Shown here: positions 9,987 through 20,303 of the stretch, one piece after another
Position numbering within the stretch: position 1 is the first letter of the stretch
Layout of the letters: each line of letters begins with the position of its first letter
Origin: Alkalispirochaeta sp.
Lineage (GTDB): Bacteria; Spirochaetota; Spirochaetia; DSM-27196; Alkalispirochaetaceae
Reading direction: 5' to 3'
Assembly (NCBI GenBank): GCA_965242725.1
Contig: CBDESZ010000025.1
Span: 32,001-96,000, forward strand
Length of the DNA stretch: 64,000 nucleotides
Made by a program: the position numbers and the translations under genes
Notes under the pieces: generated by a model
Seen by the model: only the letters and a program-made list of their open reading frames with translations
Told to the model about the DNA's origin: nothing
The model's database searches: none

Positions 9987-10298
9987 TCAAGACAAATAGA
10001 CGAGGGCTCCCCATGTGAGGAAAATCGAGACGGCGACGACGACGGTGACATTGACGCCTCTGAAGGTGAGAAGCCCGGCGAACGAGAGTATTCCGAGAGT
10101 GAGCGGGACGGAGAGAACGGCAAAAGCGTCGGGTGCGATCAGGGCTCCCAGTGCCGCGGCGGGGACGACATCAAGAAACCGTTTAAACCGGGGTGATACG
10201 GCGGTGGTGCCGCTCATCCAGAAAGGCAGAGCCCTGACGACATAGGTCCCCACGAATATTCCTGCCGCAATGAGGATCCACGTTGTATTAACCGTCAT
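9987..10298 (-). CDS. azlD: AzlD family branched-chain amino acid exporter small subunit
   Basis: GTYVVRALPF, FLDVVPAAALGALIAP; overlaps the azlC stop. Confidence 0.85.
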   Translation of the reverse strand: MTVNTTWILIAAGIFVGTYVVRALPFWMSGTTAVSPRFKRFLDVVPAAALGALIAPDAFAVLSVPLTLGILSFAGLLTFRGVNVTVVVAVSIFLTWGALVYLS

Positions 10299-11001
10299 AG
10301 GATGTCTCCTTGCCGGGGATTATGAAGGTGAAGAGGAGTGCCGAGAGGATCATTGCGATGGGAAAGGCGATTCCCGCGTCCAGGCCGCCCGACGAGCGAA
10401 GGATGGCGTTCAATCCGCCGGCGGTGATCGCCGCCGCAATGTGTTTGATACGGCGGGACCCGCGGGCTTCTCGGATCTGCCCCGTAAGCAGTGAGACAAA
10501 GAGTGCAAAGAGTGCCATACCCATCGCCGCCTGGAGTGTGGGCGGGAGTACATTGCCGACGGCAGCGCCCAGGACGGTACCGCCGACCCACGCTGCATAC
10601 GCGCCGGTCTCCAGACCGGCCAGGTACGGGGCAGGTAATGATCCGCCCGAGGCGACGCGCCATCCCGCAACGCCGAACACCTCGTCGGTCACGCCGAAGG
10701 CGAGGGCGCTCCTCGCCGCCGGGGATGCCGTGACGTGCTCGGCGATGACGGAACTCATGAGAAGGTGACGAAGGTTCAGGAGCCACGCGGAGATAACGAT
10801 CTGCACTATCCCTGCACCGGAAAAATACATTCCCGCCGCAAGAAACTGTGCCGCGCCGGCAAAGATGATAAGCGACGAAAGCGTTGCATCCAGGACGGAA
10901 AGCCCACCGGACCGAACGATCAGTCCGAAGGTGATCGCCACCGGGACGTATCCGCCGGCGATGGGGATTGCTGCACCGAGTCCGGAGAAAAACTGCTTCA
11001 T
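10288..11001 (-). CDS. azlC: AzlC family branched-chain amino acid exporter
   Basis: GYVPVAITFG, FAGAAQF, NLRHLLMS and GVTDEVF. Confidence 0.9.
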   Translation of the reverse strand: MKQFFSGLGAAIPIAGGYVPVAITFGLIVRSGGLSVLDATLSSLIIFAGAAQFLAAGMYFSGAGIVQIVISAWLLNLRHLLMSSVIAEHVTASPAARSALAFGVTDEVFGVAGWRVASGGSLPAPYLAGLETGAYAAWVGGTVLGAAVGNVLPPTLQAAMGMALFALFVSLLTGQIREARGSRRIKHIAAAITAGGLNAILRSSGGLDAGIAFPIAMILSALLFTFIIPGKETSYDG

Positions 11002-11007
11002 GAACGC

Positions 11008-12111
11008 TTAAAGCTCCCTGTCCCGGGACGAAATGGTTCCCTGCAGTCGCATCCGTTCCCGGGGGAGCGCGTTCGGCTGGGTCGTACGGAGCGTATCGAT
11101 CAAATGTTCCCGGAGAAGACAGCGCAAGTCCCACGCCTCGGGAGAGCTGCGGGCACTCACGAGGGAGCGCAACTCCACCGTTCGTTCAGTCGTGTTTGTC
11201 ATCTGGATCACGTCGACCTGGCCGTCCCAGAGCTCACTGGCGGCGAGAAACCGAGTCTGTTCCACCCGCAACGCCTGAATATCCACCGTATAGTCGGCGT
11301 ACAAAAAGACGGAACCGATAATGGATGAGGAACTCCTCGTCCAGTTCTGAAACGGTTTTTGAAGAAGATATGAAATGGGAACAACGAGTCGCCGCTTGTC
11401 CCAAAGGCGTACAACAATGTAGGTCAGGGTGATTTCCTCTACCCAGCCCCACTCATTTTCAACGACGACGGCGTCGTCTATGCGCAGCGGCTGGGTTATG
11501 GCGATCTGAATACCCGCAAAGACGTTGGCGATCGTCTGCTGCGCGGCAAAACCGGCGAGCAGACCGATAACACCCGCCGATGCAAGGATTGAGGTGCCCC
11601 ACTGTTGAAAACCCGGAATAGTCATAAGTCCCGCGGCAACGGCGATAATGAAAATGATTACCCCCGTCACCCGCTCGAGAACGACTATCTGCGTCGTGAT
11701 CTGCCGCGCCTTGAGATTGTCGGTGCCCTTTATATCAAAGCGATTCCGCAAGATGATAAAGAGAATGTCGATGAGACGGTACACGAGCATCGCCGTTGCC
11801 GCGACGATGACGATGGGAATCGCAACGTCCACGACCTCCGTGAGTTGCTCTCCCGCCGCCATGGTGCGTATCACACCTCCCGCGACGAGGGTGAGGAGGA
11901 TGATCTGGACCGGGACAAAGGTATTGTTGAAGAGCAACCGTATCGGTTCACGCCTTCTATCGGGGACGAGATACGGCGCAATCCGGGAGATGAGGGTGTA
12001 GGCGAGCAGTACCAGAAGGGGAAGCGCAAAAGGCACGCTCCAGTCCGGAATCCACGCGGGAACGAGCAGGTTTTCAGTGAACCGGTACCATCTTTCGAAT
12101 AGCATATGCAT
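11008..12111 (-). CDS. MscS family mechanosensitive ion channel
   Basis: LASAGVIGLLAGFAAQQTIANVFAG, GWVEEITL and PFQNWTR. Confidence 0.9.
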   Translation of the reverse strand: MHMLFERWYRFTENLLVPAWIPDWSVPFALPLLVLLAYTLISRIAPYLVPDRRREPIRLLFNNTFVPVQIILLTLVAGGVIRTMAAGEQLTEVVDVAIPIVIVAATAMLVYRLIDILFIILRNRFDIKGTDNLKARQITTQIVVLERVTGVIIFIIAVAAGLMTIPGFQQWGTSILASAGVIGLLAGFAAQQTIANVFAGIQIAITQPLRIDDAVVVENEWGWVEEITLTYIVVRLWDKRRLVVPISYLLQKPFQNWTRSSSSIIGSVFLYADYTVDIQALRVEQTRFLAASELWDGQVDVIQMTNTTERTVELRSLVSARSSPEAWDLRCLLREHLIDTLRTTQPNALPRERMRLQGTISSRDREL

Positions 12112-12197
12112 ATCCTATGCACCTCCCGTGATTCCCGCAAGCATGCCGCCGTCGGAAGACGGTTCACCAGGGAAGCGACGGCGCGTATAATCGCGCC

Positions 12198-12680
12198 ATG
12201 GAAACATTTGGACCGGACCACGTGCAGAAAATACTCGATCGTTTTGAACTGGGACTGGAGGTACGCCACTTCGAACGTACAACCTTCAGCAGCGCCGACG
12301 CCGCCGCGGCGATCGGCTGTGAGTTGGGGCAGATTGCGAAGAGTATGTGCCTCCTCATCGACGGGCAGCCTATCCTTATCGTCGCCAGCGGTGACCAGAA
12401 GATTTCCGACGCAAAACTTGCCCGCCACTTCGGCGTGGGACGGAAGAAGGTCAAGATTGCCGACGCGACGCAATGTATCGAGATTTTCGGGTACGCCCCC
12501 GGTGGCGTATCACCGGTTGGACTCCGGGACGATCGTATTCCCGTCTATATCGATCGGACGCTCTCCCGATGGTCCGAGATCCACGCAGCCGCCGGGTCGG
12601 ATCAGGACAACTTCACCCTCACTTTCGATCAACTGAAAATCATCACCGACGGCACCGAGCTGGATGTGGTGAAAGAGTGA
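12198..12680 (+). CDS. YbaK/EbsC family aminoacyl-tRNA deacylase
   Basis: QIAKS, GYAPGGVSPVG and AAAGS. Confidence 0.9.
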   Translation: METFGPDHVQKILDRFELGLEVRHFERTTFSSADAAAAIGCELGQIAKSMCLLIDGQPILIVASGDQKISDAKLARHFGVGRKKVKIADATQCIEIFGYAPGGVSPVGLRDDRIPVYIDRTLSRWSEIHAAAGSDQDNFTLTFDQLKIITDGTELDVVKE

Positions 12681-12686
12681 TCCCCG

Positions 12687-13478
12687 TCATTCGGGGGCGT
12701 TGAGAAATCCGGCCGCGGGACGGGCGTTCAATCGCTCCCTGCGTCGCCGCCAATCGGGCATGCGTTCATCCATGAGGCGGTAGAACCGCCTGCTGTGGTT
12801 GTGTTCACGAAAATGACACAGTTCGTGGAGGATGACGTAGTCGATTTCCGTGACGGCGGCCCCGGCCAGCTCGGGATTGAGGATGATCCGGCGATCGGCG
12901 CTGCAGCTTCCCCAGCGGCGACGCATGCGACGGAGGGAGACGTTCTTCGGTTCACCCAGTTCGGCGATCGCCGGGATGCGGCGCAATACGGCAATGCGCT
13001 GACGAAAGACCCGCAACGCCGCGGAACGATACCACTCGTTGACGGCGTGATAGACCCCCCGGGACGATACGGCGCCCCGAACGATCAGGTTTTTCCTCCT
13101 GGCCGTTGCGTGCCGGCGGCGCCCGCCGTTCCGTGCGCCTCCGTTTCCGGCGTCGCCGGTTTGCGGTTCCTGTACGACCGTGCGGAGCCGTCCGAGAAAG
13201 GGTATGGCCGTCCCCGGGGTGATCGCCCGCGTCGTTGGAGGGGTGACGGTCGCCATGAGTTGCTGTTTGGAGAGAATCCATCCCTCCCGATTGCCGACCG
13301 CGCGCAGGACGGCGGCATCACTCATATGGCGCGGTGCCCGCACGCGCACTTCTCCGCCGGGAAAGATGGTAAGACCTATGGTTCGCCGGGACGATCGCTC
13401 GAGGGAATAGGTGATGTGTACGGACCCTCGGGTGTAGGTACGCGTTCCGTGTCGGCTTATCCGTCGTGACCGCTGCAT
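12687..13478 (-). CDS. YgjP/DUF45 (M48-like) zinc metallohydrolase
   Basis: VRVRAP, RRWGSCS, IDYVILHELCH and NHSRRFY. Start uncertain. Confidence 0.85.
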   Translation of the reverse strand: MQRSRRISRHGTRTYTRGSVHITYSLERSSRRTIGLTIFPGGEVRVRAPRHMSDAAVLRAVGNREGWILSKQQLMATVTPPTTRAITPGTAIPFLGRLRTVVQEPQTGDAGNGGARNGGRRRHATARRKNLIVRGAVSSRGVYHAVNEWYRSAALRVFRQRIAVLRRIPAIAELGEPKNVSLRRMRRRWGSCSADRRIILNPELAGAAVTEIDYVILHELCHFREHNHSRRFYRLMDERMPDWRRRRERLNARPAAGFLNAPE

Positions 13479-13563
13479 CGGGGGCAGTATACACAAAGAT
13501 TTTGCATTTGAGTCCCCTCGGGGATCCCTCAACAATCTTCTCAATACCGGGTATGGTCGGGAA

Positions 13564-14826
13564 ATGAAAATTCTTCACACCGCCGACTGGCATATCGGGA
13601 AGCGTCTCGACCGCTTCAGTCGAATCGAAGAGCAACGCGACGTCCTGGCGGAAATCACCGCCATTGCCGAAAAAGAGTCGGTCGACTTGGTCCTCGTCGC
13701 GGGTGACCTCTACGACGCGGTGAACCCGGGAAGTGAGGCGGAAGAACTTTTATACCGGGGTCTGGTCGACCTTTCCGGCAATGGAACACGTCCGGTCGTC
13801 GCGATTGCGGGGAACCACGACTCACCCGACCGGATCAATGCACCCGACGTCCTTGCGCGTTTGCACGGGATTACTTTGGTAGGCTACCCCGCCGCCATTG
13901 CGGGGACGATTAAAAACGACACCTTCATCGCCGACTCCATCGCGCCCGGCGTTATCGAAATACGGTGGAAGAACGGTGGCGTGCCACCGGCGCGGCTCAT
14001 CGTCACTCCCTATGCCAATGAGAACCGCCTGCGTTCCGCCGTCGGAATCGATGCAGAGGCGACCGACGGTGAACCGGCGCCGCCGGTTGACAGGGATCGC
14101 GCGCTGGCGGAGGTATTGCGACTGGCCTGGCGCCGTGTCGCCGACGAGCATCTTGGAGAGCGGTATGTAAACCTGCTCTTGACGCATCTCTTTTTTGCCG
14201 CCGATCCCGGGCTTCCCCCGGAAGAGCCGGAATCGGAACGACCAATCGGACATACAGGGGGCGCGCCGGCGTTGCCTGCGGATATCGTACCTTCCGCCGT
14301 CCAGTACGCCGCCTGCGGTCACCTCCACCGGCCTCATACGCTCCCCGGTTCCGTTCCCGTCCGGTACGCCGGCAGTCCTCTCTCATACAGCTTCTCCGAG
14401 GCGGAACAGGAGAAAACGGTGACCATCGTGGAAGTGGAAGGGAGGGGAAATCTTGGTGATACGCCGGAAATACGGGAAATACCGTTGCGATCGGGGTACC
14501 CCCTGCGCCGCCATACCGCCACAGCCGTGGAAAAAGGAATCGAGTGGCTGGAAGAGAACCAGGAATGCTACGTCGAGCTCACCCTTGATCTTGAAGAATA
14601 CCTAACAGGAGACGACCGAAACCGGCTCCATAAGAGCCATCCCCGCCTGGTGTCGTTGATCCCCCGCCTCGCACAGGGGGACCGCATGGAGCGTATTGAG
14701 ACTATCGATCCGACCGGAGATATCAGGACGCTTTTTGCCCAGTATTTCACCAGAACGCACGGCATACCGCCTGGGCAGGATGTGACGGAGCTCTTTGAGG
14801 AAGTTCTTGAGGAGGCGGGACGGTGA
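13564..14826 (+). CDS. sbcD: Exonuclease SbcCD subunit D
   Basis: HTADWHIG, AGDLYD, AGNHDS, GHLH and YAGSPLSYSFSE. Confidence 0.95.
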   Translation: MKILHTADWHIGKRLDRFSRIEEQRDVLAEITAIAEKESVDLVLVAGDLYDAVNPGSEAEELLYRGLVDLSGNGTRPVVAIAGNHDSPDRINAPDVLARLHGITLVGYPAAIAGTIKNDTFIADSIAPGVIEIRWKNGGVPPARLIVTPYANENRLRSAVGIDAEATDGEPAPPVDRDRALAEVLRLAWRRVADEHLGERYVNLLLTHLFFAADPGLPPEEPESERPIGHTGGAPALPADIVPSAVQYAACGHLHRPHTLPGSVPVRYAGSPLSYSFSEAEQEKTVTIVEVEGRGNLGDTPEIREIPLRSGYPLRRHTATAVEKGIEWLEENQECYVELTLDLEEYLTGDDRNRLHKSHPRLVSLIPRLAQGDRMERIETIDPTGDIRTLFAQYFTRTHGIPPGQDVTELFEEVLEEAGR

Positions 14827-17800
14827 TTCCCCGATATCTCGTGATGGAAGGCCTCTACTCCTACCGGAGGCAGGCAACCATAGACTTTCGCCGTCTCACC
14901 GCTGCACGCCTCTTCGGGATATTCGGCGCGGTGGGAAGCGGAAAATCCTCGATTCTTGAGGCGATCAGTCTCGCCGTATACGGCGATACGACGCGAATGA
15001 ACTCCCGGAATGACAACAGGAACTACAACATACTCAATCTCCGCAGTGACCGCCTGTGGATCGATTTCCGCTTTCTGAACTTTGACGGCGAGGAGTACCG
15101 GTTCACCGCGGAGACCCGGCGCAATTCCCGAAGTTACGACCAGGTGGGCGCCCTCCAGCGGAGTGCCTACAGGCGGGAAAACGACGAATGGGTGCCCCTT
15201 GAGAGCGTGTCGGGCGAGGACGTTGTCGGCCTGAGTTATGATAACTTCCGACGGACAATCATTATTCCTCAGGGCCGATTTCAGGAGTTTCTCCAGCTGG
15301 GCGTCAGGGACCGGACGGAAATGCTCAAGGAGCTCTTCAACCTTGATCGATTCGACCTCTATCGTCCCGCCAAGAATCTGGCAGGCCAGGTGGCGACGGA
15401 GCTGACGGCGACGGAGGCCGCCCTTGGCGAAATCCCCGCCGATCTGGATGAACGCGCACAGGCGGCGTCGGAAGAGCTTCTCACCGCCCGGGAACGGCGG
15501 GAAGAGGTTAGCCGGCAACGGCAGGAGCGCTCATCCTGGCACAGCCGCCTGCGGGCGGTTGCCGATCTGGAAGGCGAACGGGAAGACATCGCCGCCGAAC
15601 GGCGTCGTGTTGAACGTGACGCCGAAGGCATCGAAGAGCTGCGCCGACGGAAGACGTTGCTTGAGACGGTCAGGGATGAGCTCGCCCAACCGTTCCGTGA
15701 GGTGGCGGCGGCTCGCCAACGTCACGCAGAGGCGGAGAAACACCGCGCGGCGGCGGTACACGCCCTCGGACCGGCAGCGGAGACGCGGCAGGCCTGGGAC
15801 CATCGTCTTGCAGAGCTGGAGCTGGCCTCGGAGAAGCGGGAACGCGAGGAGGCGCGAAAAGAGGCGATCAGGAAGGGAATCGCCGTCTTCCAGGAGTACA
15901 ACGCCCTGCGGAAGAGGCGCGTCACGCTGGACGGGGAGATCCGTCGCGCCGAGGCGGCGGAGGCGGAGCTGGCGGAATACGCCGCCCGGGAGGAGGAATT
16001 GCGGGCACGTATCGACGACGTGTGGGAGGCCCTTCCCCGGCCGGAACTCATAGAGGCGGCGGGGGAGTATCGCCGCCTCCGCGACGAAGGTGACGTGTTG
16101 GTTGAGGAAGAAGCGCGTATCGTTTCACGCTTTTCCGATCTCGTCGCCGAGTGTGTCGACGCGGGCGTAATTCCGGAGGAGAACGGACTCCTTCCCGCCA
16201 CGGTGGAGAACTACCGGACGGGAGCGGAACGGCTCACAACCGCCTTTCACGAACACCGCCGCCGGGGAGCCGTCCACACCCACCTTGCGATGGTTGCCGA
16301 GGAACTGGAAGAGGGCAGCCCCTGTCCACTCTGCGGATCCATTCACCATCCCCGCCCCTTTTCCGCCCCGGCCGGGGCGGAGGAGGACGCCCTCCAGGGG
16401 GGAGAACCTTCAAAGGAAGGGGCGGAGCGGCTCTTTGGTGAGCTCCACCGCATCATTGCCGCCCATGAACAGCTCACGGATCGGCGAAAATCGGCAACGG
16501 AAAAAGTGCACACTATTCTCGGTACGACGGCGGTCACCGAGGACGAACTCTCCGGAATCGCCGCCGACCTTCCGGCAACAAGAAAGCGTATGGGCGACCT
16601 CGAGCGTGACCGGAAAAAGCTCTATGACGTCCAGGCGGGAAAGGACGGGGCTCAACGGAACGTCGCCGCCCTGGCAACGCAGATCGCCGGGAAGAAGGGT
16701 GAGCTCACCGCGGCCGACGAACGGCTCTCATCGGATCTGCGCACCCTCCCGGAAGACATTCGGACGATCCTCGACCGCCACATGCAGGGGGAAGACCAGA
16801 CGACGGCAGTAGAATCCCTCGCGACGGAAGCGGGACAGATAGAAACACGGCTTCAGGAGCTGACGGTGGAGCTGAAGAGGGCCCGGGAAGAACGTGACGC
16901 CGCGCAGCGGGAGGAGACCCGGATTTCCTCTGCCGTTGAAGAGCGAACTGAAAGTCTCAAAAGGACGACCGAGGCGAAGGAGCTGGCCGAATCGGAGTTC
17001 AAAGAAGCCCTCGCCCGGGCGGGATCAGCCCTTGCGTCGTCATCGCCGGAGGGGACGCTTCCCGGAGAACTTCGTCTCTCCCGGGAAGAAGAGCTCGTTC
17101 CCCGCGCCCTTCCGGCGCTCATTGAAGAAACGGGCAGTCTATCGGCGATTACGGAGCGAATAGACAACCATGAGCGGCGGTTGAGCAATCTCGCGAGCCG
17201 CTCCGCCGCCCTCGAGCGGCGCGCCCGGGAAATCACGCCGCCCGAATTGGACATCCCCCTGGCCGACGCCCTCGCCGACGCCGCTGCGGCCGTTATCGCG
17301 GCGGAAGAGGAGCTTCAGCAACTCACCGGTCATATCGGTTCCCTTGAGCAGGAATCGGAAAGTCTCCAGCGCCTCACTGCCCGTCGCACCCAACTTGCAG
17401 ACCGGCGGAAGGGCCTCACCGCTCGCCGGGAGACGCTGTCCACGCTGCTGAATCTCTTTGTGGGCAGCAAATTTGTCAGCTACGTCGCCTCGGTCTTCCT
17501 GGAGCAGCTGGTCGCCGCCGCCAACCATCGCTTCCGCCGTCTCACCCGTAATCGACTCGAACTTGCGTTGCGGGGGGATCATGACTTTGAAGTGGTGGAC
17601 TACCTCAACGGGGGGAGGCGCAGAAGCGTCAAGACACTCTCGGGGGGCCAGACCTTTCAGGCGGCGCTGTGCCTCGCCCTGGCCCTTGTGGACAGCATCG
17701 ACCACCGCGCCGGGGGAGAAACGCCGGGATTTTTCTTCCTGGATGAGGGATTCGGCTCCCTCGATGAGGAGTCCCTCCGTGACGTCTTCGCAACCCTGAC

Positions 17801-17927
17801 GGACCTGCGCCGGGAAAACAGAATCGTCGGGATCATCTCCCACGTCGAGTCGCTGCAACAGGAAATAGATACATTCCTGCGGATTACGGCGGATCAGGAA
17901 GAGGGATCGGTCGTTACCTGGGGCTGA
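14823..17927 (+). CDS. sbcC: Exonuclease SbcCD subunit C (Rad50-like SMC ATPase)
   Basis: Walker A GAVGSGKSS, coiled coils, zinc hook CPLCGS, LSGGQ, FLDEGFGSLD and IISHV. Confidence 0.95.
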   Translation: MIPRYLVMEGLYSYRRQATIDFRRLTAARLFGIFGAVGSGKSSILEAISLAVYGDTTRMNSRNDNRNYNILNLRSDRLWIDFRFLNFDGEEYRFTAETRRNSRSYDQVGALQRSAYRRENDEWVPLESVSGEDVVGLSYDNFRRTIIIPQGRFQEFLQLGVRDRTEMLKELFNLDRFDLYRPAKNLAGQVATELTATEAALGEIPADLDERAQAASEELLTARERREEVSRQRQERSSWHSRLRAVADLEGEREDIAAERRRVERDAEGIEELRRRKTLLETVRDELAQPFREVAAARQRHAEAEKHRAAAVHALGPAAETRQAWDHRLAELELASEKREREEARKEAIRKGIAVFQEYNALRKRRVTLDGEIRRAEAAEAELAEYAAREEELRARIDDVWEALPRPELIEAAGEYRRLRDEGDVLVEEEARIVSRFSDLVAECVDAGVIPEENGLLPATVENYRTGAERLTTAFHEHRRRGAVHTHLAMVAEELEEGSPCPLCGSIHHPRPFSAPAGAEEDALQGGEPSKEGAERLFGELHRIIAAHEQLTDRRKSATEKVHTILGTTAVTEDELSGIAADLPATRKRMGDLERDRKKLYDVQAGKDGAQRNVAALATQIAGKKGELTAADERLSSDLRTLPEDIRTILDRHMQGEDQTTAVESLATEAGQIETRLQELTVELKRAREERDAAQREETRISSAVEERTESLKRTTEAKELAESEFKEALARAGSALASSSPEGTLPGELRLSREEELVPRALPALIEETGSLSAITERIDNHERRLSNLASRSAALERRAREITPPELDIPLADALADAAAAVIAAEEELQQLTGHIGSLEQESESLQRLTARRTQLADRRKGLTARRETLSTLLNLFVGSKFVSYVASVFLEQLVAAANHRFRRLTRNRLELALRGDHDFEVVDYLNGGRRRSVKTLSGGQTFQAALCLALALVDSIDHRAGGETPGFFFLDEGFGSLDEESLRDVFATLTDLRRENRIVGIISHVESLQQEIDTFLRITADQEEGSVVTWG

Positions 17928-18039
17928 GACGGGGCGTCATGAAAGGGCGTCGCAAAGGGGCGTCGCAAAGGACGGAACGGAGGAGGCCGCCGCCCGTCCG
18001 TGTATCGGGCTGCCTCGCACGCATCCTCCCCTCCCGAGG

Positions 18040-18540
18040 TCAGGCACCGAAGAGGCGCAGCGCTCCCTGGACGTAGAGGACGGTAATCCCCCCGGTCACC
18101 GCCAGCTTGAGAATGATCGCGCCGATGGTACCCCGGAAAACCGCCAGTGCGGAGACGAGCGGGCGCCTGTTCTCCCGGTGGAAGAGGAGCTCTCCCAGAA
18201 AGGCGCCGAGGAAGGCGCCCACAAAGACGCCAAAGGGAGGAAAAAAGATGCTCCCCACGACCATTCCAAGGACGCTGCCGATGATGCCGCCCCTGCCTGC
18301 GCCGGCCTTTCCGGCGGCGCGGGCGGGGAGGATGTTATCCATAACCTGAGCGAATACCGCCGCGGCGGCGGCACCGGCCAGGACGGGCCATGAAAAAAGG
18401 GTGAAACCGGCGGGAACGGAAAGAAGAACCATCGCCCCGACGGCCAGGATAGGCCCCGGAATGACGGGCACGATGCATCCCGCAAAGGCGATCACCAGCA
18501 GCACGCCGCCGAGCAGCGTCATTACAATTTCCAGAAACAT
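18040..18540 (-). CDS. DUF456 family membrane protein
   Basis: GCIVPVIPGP, Gly-rich TM segments and GAFLGAFLGEL. Confidence 0.8.
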   Translation of the reverse strand: MFLEIVMTLLGGVLLVIAFAGCIVPVIPGPILAVGAMVLLSVPAGFTLFSWPVLAGAAAAAVFAQVMDNILPARAAGKAGAGRGGIIGSVLGMVVGSIFFPPFGVFVGAFLGAFLGELLFHRENRRPLVSALAVFRGTIGAIILKLAVTGGITVLYVQGALRLFGA

Positions 18541-18635
18541 GTCACTCTCCCCCACCCATTAAAAAGGTATTCTTCGCGTAGCAAAAGGGGGCGGAATCGG
18601 TTACCATCACATGACACTTCCCAAGGAGGACTATC

Positions 18636-19706
18636 ATGGCACGGGCATACAATTTTAACGCCGGACCGGCCGCGCTGCCCCTTCCGGTACTGGAACAGGC
18701 ACAACGGGAGCTGGTTGATTATCGTGGTACGGGACTCTCCCTCATTGAGACGAGCCACCGGAGCAGGGAGTACGATGGGGTACACTCCGCGGCGACGTCC
18801 CTGTTCAGAAAGGTTCTCGGAATTCCCGAGGGATACTCCATCCTCTTCCTGGGCGGCGGGGCAACGCTGCAATTCGGCATGATTCCCATGAACCTCATGA
18901 GCACCGGCGTATGTGATCTTGTACTCAGCGGTGCCTGGGCCAAGAAGGCGCTGGCCGATGCAAAAAAGGTGGGAAAGGTGAATGTCGTCTTCGACGGAAG
19001 CAGCGACAGCTTCACCTCCCTTCCGAAGGCGGCGGAAGTGACCTCGTCCCCGGAGAGCAGCTACCTTCACATTACCTCCAACGAGACGATCGGCGGTGTC
19101 CAGTGGAAAGAATATCCAACACCCGAGGCTCCCCTCGTCGCCGACATGTCAAGCGATATTCTCAGTCGCCCCGTGCCGGTTGAACGATTCGGCGTCATTT
19201 ACGCGGGGGCACAGAAGAACCTCGGTCCCGCGGGAGTCACCATCGTGGTAATCCGGAACGACCTGCTGGAACGAAGCCCTGAAACGCTGCCGGTGTATCT
19301 CCGATATCCCACCCACGCTGAATCAGACTCTCTCTACAACACGCCGCCGGTATTTCCCATTTATATCGTCAAACTCGTCCTTGAATGGATAGAAGAGCAG
19401 GGCGGTCTGTCGGGCATGGCCGAGCGGAATCGGCGTAAGGCTGCGGCCCTTTACGAGGCGATTGACAACTCCGGCGGCTACTACCGATGCCCCGTGGACC
19501 GGGAGTACCGCTCCGACATGAACGTGGTCTTTCGGCTGCCCGACGAAGCGAAGGAAAAAGAGTTTATCGAAAAGGCGCGGGAGGCCGGTATGATCGGGCT
19601 GAAGGGCCACCGATCGGTGGGGGGCATTCGGGCTTCCATTTACAATGCCGTCCCTGAAGAGGGTGTTCAGGAGCTGATCGCCTTCATGAAGCGTTTTCGA
19701 TCGTAA
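18636..19706 (+). CDS. serC: Phosphoserine aminotransferase
   Basis: YNFNAGPA, SHRS, NETIGG, DMSS, YAGAQKNLGPAG and GHRSVGGIRASIYNA; RBS AGGAGG. Confidence 0.97.
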   Translation: MARAYNFNAGPAALPLPVLEQAQRELVDYRGTGLSLIETSHRSREYDGVHSAATSLFRKVLGIPEGYSILFLGGGATLQFGMIPMNLMSTGVCDLVLSGAWAKKALADAKKVGKVNVVFDGSSDSFTSLPKAAEVTSSPESSYLHITSNETIGGVQWKEYPTPEAPLVADMSSDILSRPVPVERFGVIYAGAQKNLGPAGVTIVVIRNDLLERSPETLPVYLRYPTHAESDSLYNTPPVFPIYIVKLVLEWIEEQGGLSGMAERNRRKAAALYEAIDNSGGYYRCPVDREYRSDMNVVFRLPDEAKEKEFIEKAREAGMIGLKGHRSVGGIRASIYNAVPEEGVQELIAFMKRFRS

Positions 19707-20243
19707 ATGGCGGAACGGACCAACGCGCTCATCCGACTGGGTCTGCGTAGCGTAACGGCGGCGTTCTTTTTCCTCGCCGCCGGTGTACTCCTCTCCCGAT
19801 TTGTCGTCACCGCCGAGTGGGCGGAAACGACCGGGACCGTCGAGAGCCTGAGGATCGTATCCGCCGGCGGAACCGACGACAGCCGATCACCGGGAGAACG
19901 ATTCCGCCCGGCCGCATCCTACCGTTACACAATCGATGGGGAGGAACACACAGGCGCGCGGATAGCCGTATATCCCTGGATTTTTCGCAATGAAGAACGG
20001 GTGGCGGAATACCTTGAACGGAACGACATTTCGCGGGGCCGCCGTGTTCCTGTGTACTACAATCCCGACGACCCCTCGCAGGCGCTTCTTGTCAGGGACA
20101 TTCCCTGGGGGCGAGTAGAAGTCCTCGGGGCGATCCTTTTTCTCGTTCTTCTGCCAACCGCCGTCGTCGTCACATCGGTTGTTGAATTTGTCCGTGGCGG
20201 CGGACGCAGGAAAAACGACAAAAGTCGCGGCCGTTTCTGGTAA
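19707..20243 (+). CDS. DUF3592 family membrane protein
   Basis: TM, W..TTGTV, YRYTIDG, VPVYYNPDDPSQALL, TM. Confidence 0.8.
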   Translation: MAERTNALIRLGLRSVTAAFFFLAAGVLLSRFVVTAEWAETTGTVESLRIVSAGGTDDSRSPGERFRPAASYRYTIDGEEHTGARIAVYPWIFRNEERVAEYLERNDISRGRRVPVYYNPDDPSQALLVRDIPWGRVEVLGAILFLVLLPTAVVVTSVVEFVRGGGRRKNDKSRGRFW

Positions 20244-20303
20244 GAAATCCTTTTCTCTCGAATTTTCCTTGCCCAACCACGATCCAACCTCTATGATTAG
20301 GGA

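Noticed and set aside
12687..17927. YgjP-like hydrolase plus SbcCD as a novel defence system
   Set aside because: The genes are divergently transcribed, SbcCD is canonical, and no restriction-modification or other defence genes are adjacent.
17931..17970. Three imperfect 12-14-bp tandem repeats (GGGGCGTCGCAAA) between sbcC and DUF456
   Set aside because: Too short, not seen elsewhere in the window, and probably slippage in a convergent intergenic gap.
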